NCBI GenBank assembly: GCA_902596065.1
Contig: CACJSL010000002.1
Span: 12,794 to 76,793 of the forward strand
DNA length: 64,000 bases
Origin: an uncultured Alphaproteobacteria bacterium
Lineage (GTDB): Bacteria > Pseudomonadota > Alphaproteobacteria > HIMB59 > GCA-002718135
Direction: 5' to 3'
The notes beneath the pieces are model-generated. The model was not told the DNA's origin. It did not search any database and saw only the letters and a program-made list of their open reading frames with translations. This document shows positions 53,659 through 62,648 of the stretch, piece by piece (the stretch's first letter is position 1; the number at the start of each line of letters is the position of its first letter). The position numbers and the translations under genes are program-made.

Positions 53659-54444
53659 TTATTTATTTTTCCAAACTGGAGATCTTTTTTCAATAAATGA
53701 GTTTATTCCTTCAATAGCATCTTTTTTCATCATATTTTCTGTCATAATTTTACTAGCATATGAATACGCTTGCTTCATAGGTTGTTCTAACTGTTTATAA
53801 AAAGCCTCTTTTCCAATGGCTAAAACTAAATTTGATTTCGAAGAAATTAAATTGGCAATTTTTGTTACTTCCCTATCTAACTTTGAAGAAATAAAAAAAT
53901 CATTTATTAAGCCTATTTCTTTGGCATATTTTGCAGTAATTGGCTCACCAGTAAGAAGCATTTCCATAGATCTTTTTCTATTAACTTTTCTACTCAAAGC
54001 CACCATAGGAGTACTGCAAAATAATCCAATATTAACACCTGGGGTAGCAAAAATTGCTTTGCTATCACTGTAGGCCAAATCACAACTTGCAACTAATTGG
54101 CATCCTGCAGCAAATGCTGCACCATGAATCTTAGCTATAACTGGTTTTTTGTGATTAACTATATTTAACATTAGTTCAGAACATTTATTAAATAATCTTT
54201 GATATTCAGATTTTCCTTTTAACCCTCTTATTTCTTTTAAATCATGTCCAGCACAAAAACCTTTTCCTTGACCCTCAATTATAATTACTTTTACTTTATT
54301 ATCTAAATTTAATTTTTTAAAAATTTCTATTAAAGATAAAATCGTATTAAAGGATAAAGCATTGTAAGTTGAAGGTTCAGCTAAGATAATTTTAGCAATA
54401 CCTTTATTATCAATTGATAAGATAATATTTTTGTAACTTTTCAT
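53659..54444 (-). CDS. Enoyl-CoA hydratase/isomerase (crotonase) family protein
   Basis: 261 aa with NALS, GKGFCAGHDLKE, KIHGAAFAAGCQL and a C-terminal EGINSFIEKRSPVWKNK. Confidence 0.85.
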   Translation of the reverse strand: MKSYKNIILSIDNKGIAKIILAEPSTYNALSFNTILSLIEIFKKLNLDNKVKVIIIEGQGKGFCAGHDLKEIRGLKGKSEYQRLFNKCSELMLNIVNHKKPVIAKIHGAAFAAGCQLVASCDLAYSDSKAIFATPGVNIGLFCSTPMVALSRKVNRKRSMEMLLTGEPITAKYAKEIGLINDFFISSKLDREVTKIANLISSKSNLVLAIGKEAFYKQLEQPMKQAYSYASKIMTENMMKKDAIEGINSFIEKRSPVWKNK

Positions 54445-54463
54445 TTAATGAAATTTATCTATT

Positions 54464-54493
54464 TTGCATTAGTATACTTAGCAAAACTATATT
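54464..54493 (+). promoter_or_regulatory. Candidate promoter of the homocysteine methyltransferase gene (TTGCAT-18 nt-TATATT)
   Basis: TTGCAT at 54464-54469 and TATATT at 54488-54493. The ATG at 54508 implies a leader of about 8 nt. The gap also contains the direct repeat ATTAGTATA at 54468-54476 and 54491-54499. Confidence 0.3.
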
Positions 54494-54507
54494 AGTATAG
54501 AAAAATA

Positions 54508-55407
54508 ATGATTGAGAAAAAGAAAAAATACATTCTGGATGGTGGTTCTGGACAAACTCTACTAGAAATGGGTCTTAAGCCAGAAGGAAGACTTTGGTCA
54601 GCCACAGCTTTAATTAATAAAAATTTGCATAAAATGATTATAGATATGCATTTAGATTTTATAAATGCTGGATCTGATTTAATTGTAACTAGTAATTTTT
54701 CTGTAAGAAAAAGAAGGTTTTTAGAATATAATAAGTTAGAATTTTTTGAACAAGCTACCAATGATTCAGCTATACTAGCTAAAAAGGCAAAAGATATTTC
54801 TCGAAAAAATGTTTTAATAGCAGGATCTCTTCCTACTCAAGAAATTGTTTATTTTGCAAAAAGGGTCGCAGATGATAAAGAAATATATAATGGCTTTAAT
54901 GAAACTGCTAAAATTTTAGATCCTAACGTTGATTTATTTTATTTAGATGTTTTGAGTAGTATTAATGAAATTAAAATTGCCTGTGAAGCTATTAAAGATT
55001 TTGAAAAACCAATTTTAATTGGAGTTCATTTAAATAATAAAGGTTATTTGCCTTCTGGAGAAACAATCAATGATTTAATACCTATTACCAATAATTATAA
55101 TACTTGTGGAATAATAGCAGCTTGTGTTTCGCCAGAAATAGTAAATCTTGCAATGCCTATATTAACAAATCAAAAATTACCTTTCGGATTTAAAGTTAAT
55201 GCATTTAAAAATATACCTGAGAATGATCCTTTGGATGCCGATTTATATGATAATGGATATCCGACAGAAAGATATGGCACACGTGCTAATGAATTTAATC
55301 CAGAAGTATTCAAAAAATTTGTTCAAAATAAATTAAAAGATGGCGCAACTTTATTGGGCGGTTGCTGCGAAATTAAACCAAGACACATAAAAGCCTTAAC
55401 TAAATAA
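54508..55407 (+). CDS. Homocysteine S-methyltransferase domain protein (BHMT/MmuM-like)
   Basis: 299 aa with ILDGGSGQTL, an internal Cys (IIAACVSPE) and C-terminal LLGGCCEIKPRHI, the zinc-binding Cys/Cys-Cys pattern of Hcy-binding domains. Confidence 0.8.
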   Translation: MIEKKKKYILDGGSGQTLLEMGLKPEGRLWSATALINKNLHKMIIDMHLDFINAGSDLIVTSNFSVRKRRFLEYNKLEFFEQATNDSAILAKKAKDISRKNVLIAGSLPTQEIVYFAKRVADDKEIYNGFNETAKILDPNVDLFYLDVLSSINEIKIACEAIKDFEKPILIGVHLNNKGYLPSGETINDLIPITNNYNTCGIIAACVSPEIVNLAMPILTNQKLPFGFKVNAFKNIPENDPLDADLYDNGYPTERYGTRANEFNPEVFKKFVQNKLKDGATLLGGCCEIKPRHIKALTK

Positions 55408-55426
55408 TTAAAATTTTAAATCTAAA

Positions 55427-57058
55427 TTATTTATAAATTTCAGCTTTTAAAGGTGCTTCTTCTCTTCCTAAAATTAGATCTGAAGCTTTTTCTGCAATCA
55501 TTACTGTTGCTGCATTCAAGTTTCCACTAACAATATCTGGCATAATAGAAGAATCAATAATCCTTAAATTTTGGATACCATGAACTTTAGTTTCTTCATC
55601 TACAACTGACATTTTATCGATACCCATTTTATTAGTACATGAAGGATGATATGCTGTGTCTCCAGTATTTCTTATTATTTCATCTAGTTGTTCATTAGAT
55701 TGGCAATCATTTCCTGGTCGAATTTGCTCACCTAAATAAGAAGACAAACTTGGTTGACTAAAAATATTATTTGCTATTTTCACACTTTCTCGCATTTGCT
55801 CTAAATCTTCTTCTTCTTTTAAATAATTAAATTGAATTATTGGATCGTCATTAGCATTTTTACTGCGAAGCTTAACAAAACCTCTACTTTTAGGTCTATT
55901 AGGAGATGCATGAAATTGAAAACCATCAAATGAAGGATTAGTTAATCCATGATTAATTACTAAAGATGGAAAGAAATGGAATTGAATGTTTGGATGTGAA
56001 TATTTAGAGTTAGTTTTAACAAAGCCACCTAATTCAAGGTGTGAATGAGCTAACATTCCTTTTTTAAATAAGAACCATTTAAGACCCTCTATGCCTTGAG
56101 TGATATAATTAGTTGACAAATTATATAAAGTTTCTTTTTTCTTTGATTTGTGCTGAATATATATTTCAAAATGATCTTGAAGATTTTGCCCTACTCCAGG
56201 CAAGTCATGAACTATATCAATAGCCATTTTTTTTAGTTCAGTTGCATCACCTATTCCTGATAATTGTAATAACTTTGGTGAATTAATTGATCCAGCAGAC
56301 AATAAAACTTCTTTTCTTGCAAAAAATCTTTCTTTTTTATTGTTTACTTCTACTTCAATTCCAATTGCAATTTTGTTTTTAAATAAAATTTTTAAAACAT
56401 TAGAATTTGTAAAAATTCTTAAATTTGGTTTGTTTCTAATTGTATTCAAATAGGCTTTTCCAACTCCATATCTTTGTCCTCGATTGATAGTCACATCAAA
56501 TGTGCCAAAACCTTCTTGTTTAAACCCATTTGAATCTTCAAATAATTCAAAACCAGCTTCTTTGGCTGCATTTAAAACAGATTGAAATAAAGGAAATCCT
56601 TCATTAATTTTAGATCTATTTACTTTTAATGGTCCATAACCTCCTCTATAAAGATTTTCACCTCCAGACCATGTTTCTAATTTTTTAAAATATGGTAAAA
56701 CATTTTCATAGCTCCATTTATTTAAACCATAAGATGCCCATCTATTAAAGTCTTCCGGATGACCTCTTACAAAAACCATTCCATTATGTGAGGAACAACC
56801 TCCAATCATTTTTCCTCTTGGACAAAAAATTCTTCTGTTATTTAAATATGGTTCTGGTTCAGAATAGTACTTCCAATTCATATTTGGATCATGCATTGTA
56901 TACAAAAGTGCACTCGGCATATTCACTTTCCAGGTATTATCAGTTAGTCCTGATTCAAATAATGCTATAGAATTTTTTTCATTAAAACTTAAACGATTTG
57001 CTAGAACACACCCAGCGGACCCTGCGCCAATTATTAAATAATCGAAGTCTTGATCCAC
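55427..57058 (-). CDS. GMC-family oxidoreductase, choline dehydrogenase-like
   Basis: 543 aa with FDYLIIGAGSAGCVLANRLS, GGCSSHNGMV and a C-terminal HPSCTNKMG...LRIIDSSIMP. Confidence 0.85.
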   Translation of the reverse strand: MDQDFDYLIIGAGSAGCVLANRLSFNEKNSIALFESGLTDNTWKVNMPSALLYTMHDPNMNWKYYSEPEPYLNNRRIFCPRGKMIGGCSSHNGMVFVRGHPEDFNRWASYGLNKWSYENVLPYFKKLETWSGGENLYRGGYGPLKVNRSKINEGFPLFQSVLNAAKEAGFELFEDSNGFKQEGFGTFDVTINRGQRYGVGKAYLNTIRNKPNLRIFTNSNVLKILFKNKIAIGIEVEVNNKKERFFARKEVLLSAGSINSPKLLQLSGIGDATELKKMAIDIVHDLPGVGQNLQDHFEIYIQHKSKKKETLYNLSTNYITQGIEGLKWFLFKKGMLAHSHLELGGFVKTNSKYSHPNIQFHFFPSLVINHGLTNPSFDGFQFHASPNRPKSRGFVKLRSKNANDDPIIQFNYLKEEEDLEQMRESVKIANNIFSQPSLSSYLGEQIRPGNDCQSNEQLDEIIRNTGDTAYHPSCTNKMGIDKMSVVDEETKVHGIQNLRIIDSSIMPDIVSGNLNAATVMIAEKASDLILGREEAPLKAEIYK

Positions 57059-57840
57059 TAAATCATTCTTTCAGTATTTCCATCCACACTTATAGATTGA
57101 CCAGATATATTTTTAGAAAAGTCACTTAGTAAATAAATTATAATAGAAGTTATTTCATCTTTTGATACAAATGATCTCATAGACACCATAGATTCAAATT
57201 CTTTTTTTATAATAGAGGTTTTGCTCTTTAAAAGATTAGCTTTTGCTTCAATCACTCTATCCATTCTCTTACCTTCTACTGATCCAGGACAAACAGCATT
57301 AACTCGAATATTATGTTTTCCTAACTCCATAGCCATGCTCTTGGTAAGACCTATAATTGCCCATTTGCTTGCCGCATAAGGTGTTCTTTGAGGAAAACCA
57401 TATAAACCGGCAGAGGAAGATAGATTAATAATAGAACCAGACTTATTTTTTTTTAATAATGGAACTGAATATTTTGAAAAATAAAAATGACTATTTAGAT
57501 TAGTAGATATAGTATTTTCCCATTCAGTGTTTGTAATTTTATCTAAATATTTTGTTGGTCCTGCAATACCAACATTATTAATCAAACCATCAATGCTTTT
57601 TATAAAATTTATAGACTCAAAATATTTTTTAACCTGTGAAGAATCATTAACATCTAAATGATAAGCATGAATCTTATTTTTATATTTCTTATTCCTTTGA
57701 AGTTTATCAATCTTTTTTTTATCTATATCTGTAATAAAAACATATCCTCCAAGATCAATAATTTTTTTTGCAATAGAAAAACCAATACCATCTGCCGCTG
57801 CAGAAATTATAAATTTTTTATTTTTAAAACTAATTTTCAT
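57058..57840 (-). CDS. Short-chain dehydrogenase/reductase (SDR)
   Basis: 260 aa with ISAAADGIGFSIA (a variant of TGxxxGIG), NNVG and YAASKWA (YxxxK). Its stop overlaps the downstream GMC start by 1 nt. Confidence 0.85.
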   Translation of the reverse strand: MKISFKNKKFIISAAADGIGFSIAKKIIDLGGYVFITDIDKKKIDKLQRNKKYKNKIHAYHLDVNDSSQVKKYFESINFIKSIDGLINNVGIAGPTKYLDKITNTEWENTISTNLNSHFYFSKYSVPLLKKNKSGSIINLSSSAGLYGFPQRTPYAASKWAIIGLTKSMAMELGKHNIRVNAVCPGSVEGKRMDRVIEAKANLLKSKTSIIKKEFESMVSMRSFVSKDEITSIIIYLLSDFSKNISGQSISVDGNTERMI

Positions 57841-57845
57841 ATAAA

Positions 57846-58997
57846 TTATTTAAAATATGGAATTACTTTTTCAGAAAATAAATTCATACTTTTTAATATT
57901 TTTTTATATTCTATACCTGGAAATTGCTGTAATAAAACAATATGTTGAAGATTAATTGATTCAATGTAGTAATTAATTTTTTCTTTAATGTATTTGCTAT
58001 CACCTACCCAAATTAGATCATGATCTAATAAAAAATCGAACCAACTATTATTTAAATCTTTGTTTGTTAACTCAGCCCCTTCATCTAAATATGATTTTCT
58101 TGACCATTCCCCTGAAGGCCTACTTCCACTTAAAAATTCATAATATAGATTAATTGATTGTTCAACATCTCTACGAGCTTCTTCATATGAATCTGCTACA
58201 TAAATTATAACACAAATACCTACATTTCTTCCTAAATCAATTTTATCATTTCTGTACTTTAAAGCTGATGATTTATATTGTTCCCAACAAGTATTAAGTT
58301 TATTTAATGGATTTGACATTCCAATGACATTATACCCCATCATACCTGCAAGATTATAAGTTTGAGGAGTATTAGACATTAACCAAACAGGAGGATGTGG
58401 TTTTTGAAAAGGTTTTGGATGTATATACATACCTATATATTCGCCATCTTCTTTATGATATTTTTTGTCCAAAGGATTAAAAAATCTATTTGTCTCTTTC
58501 CATCCTGGCTCTGGAAATTTGTAAAACTGCCCTTCATATTTAAAAGGATCTTCCGTCCAAGCTTTTAAAATTATATCTAAACATTCTTTGAACAAATCAT
58601 TACTTTTTTTATTATCTCTTCTGTCTGCATCTTTATTGAACTGTATACAAACTCTTTCATTAATTCCTTTGCTTGCACCAAAGTCAACTCTTCCTTCAGT
58701 TAAATGATCCAATACCGCTATATCTTCAGCAACTCTAAGAGGGTGCCAATCAGGCAAAACAACTGGGCTTTGGCCAACTCTAATTTTTTTTGAATGAGCT
58801 GCGAGGTCAGCACACATTAGTATAGGATTTGGTGGTGCATTTAAATAACCATTATGTGCAAAATGATGTTCAGTTAACCATACTGTCTCAAAACTAGCAT
58901 CTTCAGCTAGTTGAGTTTGTTCTCTCATCATCTTAGCAGTTTCAATCCAAGGAATATTTTCACCAGGATTAAAAAAAGGGATAAAATCAAATCTCAT
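57846..58997 (-). CDS. Luciferase-like (LLM class) flavin-dependent monooxygenase/oxidoreductase
   Basis: 383 aa with a TIM-barrel LLM pattern: FETVWLTEHHF, IRVGQSPVVLPDWHPLRVAEDIAVLDHLTEGRVDFG. No flavin reductase gene is adjacent. Confidence 0.78.
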   Translation of the reverse strand: MRFDFIPFFNPGENIPWIETAKMMREQTQLAEDASFETVWLTEHHFAHNGYLNAPPNPILMCADLAAHSKKIRVGQSPVVLPDWHPLRVAEDIAVLDHLTEGRVDFGASKGINERVCIQFNKDADRRDNKKSNDLFKECLDIILKAWTEDPFKYEGQFYKFPEPGWKETNRFFNPLDKKYHKEDGEYIGMYIHPKPFQKPHPPVWLMSNTPQTYNLAGMMGYNVIGMSNPLNKLNTCWEQYKSSALKYRNDKIDLGRNVGICVIIYVADSYEEARRDVEQSINLYYEFLSGSRPSGEWSRKSYLDEGAELTNKDLNNSWFDFLLDHDLIWVGDSKYIKEKINYYIESINLQHIVLLQQFPGIEYKKILKSMNLFSEKVIPYFK

Positions 58998-59860
58998 AAA
59001 GTCTTTACAATATTATTCATAATTTTCTTAAATAACTTACTATTTGAATCACCAATACAATCTACAGTATCAAAATGATCACAATTTTCAATAGGCAATA
59101 AAGAAATAGAATTAGTCATAGAAGAAAATTTTTTAAATAGATCAATAGATTGTCTTTGCATGTCCGGAGGTTCTTTAGATCCATAGGCTATAAGTAAGTT
59201 GCCCTTTAAATCAAATGTTCTATAAAAAGGACTTTCATCTATTGCCTCCTTGTGATTTAATTTTAATCTTTCATTCTCTGAGCATTGTAATAAAGGAATT
59301 AAATCATATATTCCAGAAACAGCAATGGAATAATTTATAAATTTCTGTGGCATTAAAGAATTAATTTTATTCCAATCTGTCATTAGCATTTCAACTGTTA
59401 AATGAGCCCCTGCAGAGTGGCCCATTAAATTAAAGTTTTGTTTATTGATATCTAATTCATCTGCATTTTTCCAAAGAAAAGTAATTGCTTGTTGAATTTG
59501 ATATTTAATATTAGAAAATTTAACTTGAGGACACATTTCATAATTTACAAAAGCAACAGAAATATTTAAATTATTATAAGGTTCAGCTATAAAACTATAG
59601 ACAGATTTATCGCCTCTTTGCCAATAACCCCCATGAATATAAAGTAAAAAAATTTTACTATTATTTACAGAGTATAAATCTAAAACATTTCTTTCACTCT
59701 TTCCATATTTTAAGTTAAATCTTGGTTTTACTCTTTCAGAATAGTCTTTAGATTTTTTAATCCAATTAGGTATTACTTCAGTTTGATAATTAGGTCTTAA
59801 ACCTCTTAAATAATATTGATTCTCTATTTCATTCTTTGTAAGCTTAGTAAATTCTTTCAA
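58994..59860 (-). CDS. Alpha/beta-hydrolase (esterase / arylformamidase-like)
   Basis: 288 aa with the oxyanion-hole HGGYW, the nucleophile elbow GHSAGAH and a C-terminal DHF. It overlaps the LLM gene by 4 nt. Confidence 0.75.
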   Translation of the reverse strand: MKEFTKLTKNEIENQYYLRGLRPNYQTEVIPNWIKKSKDYSERVKPRFNLKYGKSERNVLDLYSVNNSKIFLLYIHGGYWQRGDKSVYSFIAEPYNNLNISVAFVNYEMCPQVKFSNIKYQIQQAITFLWKNADELDINKQNFNLMGHSAGAHLTVEMLMTDWNKINSLMPQKFINYSIAVSGIYDLIPLLQCSENERLKLNHKEAIDESPFYRTFDLKGNLLIAYGSKEPPDMQRQSIDLFKKFSSMTNSISLLPIENCDHFDTVDCIGDSNSKLFKKIMNNIVKTL

Positions 59861-59864
59861 AAAA

Positions 59865-60524
59865 TTATCCTTTTTTTTCTATTTCAAGCCATTCATTTGG
59901 ATTTGTTCCAAATTTATTCATAGCATGCTCTTTATAAGCTTCTCTTAGGCATAATTTATTATACCATTTCTCAATATTTGGAAAAGATGGCCTTGTTATA
60001 TCAAGCTCAAAGTATTTAAACATTCCAGCTCCAACTGGAATATCTCCAATTGTAAATGAGTCTCCTATAATATAACTTTTGCCATCAAGTTGTTTTTCTA
60101 AAATCTCCATAATAGAATTTAAATTTTTTACCATTTCTTCTATTTTATTGTTATCTCTGTCATTTTCTGAAATTCTAACTTTATTCCAAAAAATAGGAAA
60201 TAATTTTGGCATAAGTGTTTCTTGAAACCATTCAATCCATTGATCGGCTAAAGCAGCTTCACAAATATCCTTAGGCCATAAAGAACCATATCCATATTTT
60301 TTGGCTAAATAACGGATAATTGCATAAGATTCCCACAAAACAAAATTTCCATCTTTTATAGTTGGTATATATAAATTTGGATTTAACTTTTTATAATCTT
60401 CATTTTTTAAACCTCCAAAAGACCCGCCAACATTGTGTCTTTTATAATCTAAATTCAATTCTCCAACAGTCCACATGACATGTATAACCTGGTTAGAATT
60501 TTTTCTTCCCCATACTTCTAGCAT
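59865..60524 (-). CDS. Glutathione S-transferase (GstB/YliJ-like)
   Basis: 219 aa. The N-terminus LEVWGRKNSNQVIHVMWTVGELNL resembles the LWGRxxSxNVxKVxW start of GstB-type GSTs. Thioredoxin-like fold plus a helical domain. Confidence 0.82.
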   Translation of the reverse strand: MLEVWGRKNSNQVIHVMWTVGELNLDYKRHNVGGSFGGLKNEDYKKLNPNLYIPTIKDGNFVLWESYAIIRYLAKKYGYGSLWPKDICEAALADQWIEWFQETLMPKLFPIFWNKVRISENDRDNNKIEEMVKNLNSIMEILEKQLDGKSYIIGDSFTIGDIPVGAGMFKYFELDITRPSFPNIEKWYNKLCLREAYKEHAMNKFGTNPNEWLEIEKKG

Positions 60525-60533
60525 TGAACTGTT

Positions 60534-61577
60534 TTATTTTTGGTGAGCTGTTTTGCTTAGTGAAATAGCTAATTCTTTTTCTGTTATATAGCCCATAGTA
60601 TCACCTTTATTATCAACTACAACAATTGTAGATCTTTCAGACAAAACTTTAGGAAGAAATTCTTCAATATATACACTTTCATTTACTTTGTAAGTATCAG
60701 ATAGCTTCAAATCTTTTGCATTAAATTGATCTGCTTTAATCATAACAGTTTTAGCTCTTAAAACTTTTGCTCTATTTACATCTTTTACAAATGCTTCGAC
60801 ATAATCATCAGCAGGATTCATGATAATTTGCTCGGGTGTTCCTACTTGTACCAATCTTCCTCCATTTAAAATTCCAATATGGTCCCCAAGTCTTAAAGAT
60901 TCATCTAAATCATGTGTTATAAAAACTATTGTTTTTTTTAATTCAGACTGCAATTCAATCAATTGTTGCTGCATATCACTTCTAATAAGAGGGTCTAGGG
61001 CACTAAAAGCTTCATCCATTAACAATATACCTGGATTAGTTGCTAAAGCTCTAGCCAACCCTACTCTTTGCTGCATTCCTCCTGAAAGCTGACTGGGATA
61101 TTGATTCTCAAAGCCAATAAGTCCTACTGCTTCAATTTGTTTCATAGCTATTTCATTTCTTTTTTCTAATTGCATCCCTTGTATTTCTAAACCGTATGCA
61201 ACATTTTGAATAACAGTTTTATGAGGAAATAATCCAAATCTTTGAAAAACCATACTCATTTCATTTTTTCTAAATTCAATTAATTGATTTTCATTAAAGT
61301 CTAAAACATTAGTGCCATTTACAATCACTTCTCCATGAGTTGGATCTATTAATCGATTTATATGTCTAATTAAAGTTGATTTACCTGAACCAGATAAACC
61401 CATACAAACAAAAGTCTCCCCTTCTTCAATTGATATTGATACATTATCAAGTCCAACTGTATGACCTGTTTCTTCAAGAACCTGTTCTTTTGATGCTCCT
61501 TTTTGAACCATTGGCAAAACACTTAAAGGATCAGTGCCAAAAATTTTATAGATATTTTTTATTTCAATTTTAGACAC
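60534..61577 (-). CDS. proV: Glycine betaine/proline-type ABC importer ATPase with C-terminal CBS region
   Basis: 347 aa with GLSGSGKST, LSGGMQQRVGLARAL and LLMDEAFSALD. Confidence 0.9.
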   Translation of the reverse strand: MSKIEIKNIYKIFGTDPLSVLPMVQKGASKEQVLEETGHTVGLDNVSISIEEGETFVCMGLSGSGKSTLIRHINRLIDPTHGEVIVNGTNVLDFNENQLIEFRKNEMSMVFQRFGLFPHKTVIQNVAYGLEIQGMQLEKRNEIAMKQIEAVGLIGFENQYPSQLSGGMQQRVGLARALATNPGILLMDEAFSALDPLIRSDMQQQLIELQSELKKTIVFITHDLDESLRLGDHIGILNGGRLVQVGTPEQIIMNPADDYVEAFVKDVNRAKVLRAKTVMIKADQFNAKDLKLSDTYKVNESVYIEEFLPKVLSERSTIVVVDNKGDTMGYITEKELAISLSKTAHQK

Positions 61578-61579
61578 AA

Positions 61580-62596
61580 TTATTTTTTCTTTTTAGCGGG
61601 TTGTGTTCTTTCTTGAATTCTTTCTCCATAAGCTTGAGTAATTCTATCAAAGACAATTGCTAATAGAACTATGGCAAGACCTGCTTCTAATGAAGATCCA
61701 ACATTTAATTGCTGTAAACCAAGTAAAACTTCGTCACCTAGACCTCTTGTACCTATCATAGAAGCAACAACAACCATAGCTAGCGCCATCATAGTGCATT
61801 GATTTATTCCTTGCATTATATTTGGTAAAGCTAAAGGTAATTGTACTCCCCACAATTTTTGTTTTTTATTTGCCCCAAAAGATTCGGCTGCTTCTAAAAT
61901 TTCTTTATCAACTAATCTTATTCCTAGATCTGTTAATCTAATTAGAGGTGGGCACGAATATATAAATATACCTATAATTGCAGGAATAGCTCCTAAGCCA
62001 AACAAAATGATTCCAGGAATTAAATAACAAAAAGCAGGTATTACTTGCATTAAATCTAATATAGGAAGAATTGCATTTCTTACCTTAGGACTTCGCGCCA
62101 TAGCAATTCCAATTGGAATTCCGACAATTACACATAATACGATACCAATAAAAACAATTGTAGTTGTTTCAATTGCTTTGTCCCAAAAACGTGGATTTAA
62201 AAAACCAATTGAAAAAGTACATAATCCAACAAATAAAGTAGTTCCATATTTCTTTCCACTTGCATAGAAAGTAAGAAGAATAACTGCAAAAACTATTATT
62301 GGCCAAGGAACATCTACAAGAAAGTTTTTTATAATTGAATATGAACGCAATAATCCATAACCAATAGCGTCAAAAATAAGCCCATACTTGGCACTAAATG
62401 CCCTCCATCCGTCATTTATCCAGACCATAAAAGGTACATCTAGCCATTTAGGAAAATTATTTAACCATCTAAGATCAGTAATTAATTCTCCAACACTATC
62501 CGGCTTTCTCTTACTTGAATTATAACTTACTATTAAAAGTAATATAAAAATTAAGAAGAAACCAAAATTAAAATATTTTTTATACTTTTTTAACAT
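61580..62596 (-). CDS. proW: Glycine betaine/proline-type ABC importer permease
   Basis: 338 aa, multi-TMS, with the EAA region ILEAAESFGANKKQKLWGVQLPLALP. Confidence 0.9.
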   Translation of the reverse strand: MLKKYKKYFNFGFFLIFILLLIVSYNSSKRKPDSVGELITDLRWLNNFPKWLDVPFMVWINDGWRAFSAKYGLIFDAIGYGLLRSYSIIKNFLVDVPWPIIVFAVILLTFYASGKKYGTTLFVGLCTFSIGFLNPRFWDKAIETTTIVFIGIVLCVIVGIPIGIAMARSPKVRNAILPILDLMQVIPAFCYLIPGIILFGLGAIPAIIGIFIYSCPPLIRLTDLGIRLVDKEILEAAESFGANKKQKLWGVQLPLALPNIMQGINQCTMMALAMVVVASMIGTRGLGDEVLLGLQQLNVGSSLEAGLAIVLLAIVFDRITQAYGERIQERTQPAKKKK

Positions 62597-62601
62597 TATT
62601 G

Positions 62602-62630
62602 AAAAAATCTAGGGGAATTTAATCCCCTAG
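62602..62630 (-). terminator. Intercistronic intrinsic terminator / attenuator between proX and proW
   Basis: The minus strand reads CTAGGGGA-TTAAAT-TCCCCTAG (perfect 8-bp stem, 62630-62609), then A and TTTTTT (62607-62602), ending 5 nt before the proW ATG (62596). Confidence 0.6.
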
Positions 62631-62648
62631 AAAACTATTAATGATTAT

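Noticed and set aside
54445-54507. SAM-II/SAM-V riboswitch upstream of the BHMT-like gene
   Set aside because: The gap is only 63 nt, almost entirely A/T, and has no G+C-rich pairing segments. A covariance-model scan is still needed to be certain.
4341-61573. All other short ORFs in the track that lie inside or antisense to larger genes (starts at 4341, 9686, 10180, 15867, 17606, 19757, 22029, 26305, 30798, 32692, 35357, 36173, 37731, 38413, 39562, 39828, 43102, 44698, 47260, 50072, 51182, 52052, 53816, 54492, 56788, 57658, 60820, 61376)
   Set aside because: Each is nested in or overlaps a longer ORF with unambiguous family motifs. Their translations are low-complexity, and none has a ribosome-binding site or a free-standing position.
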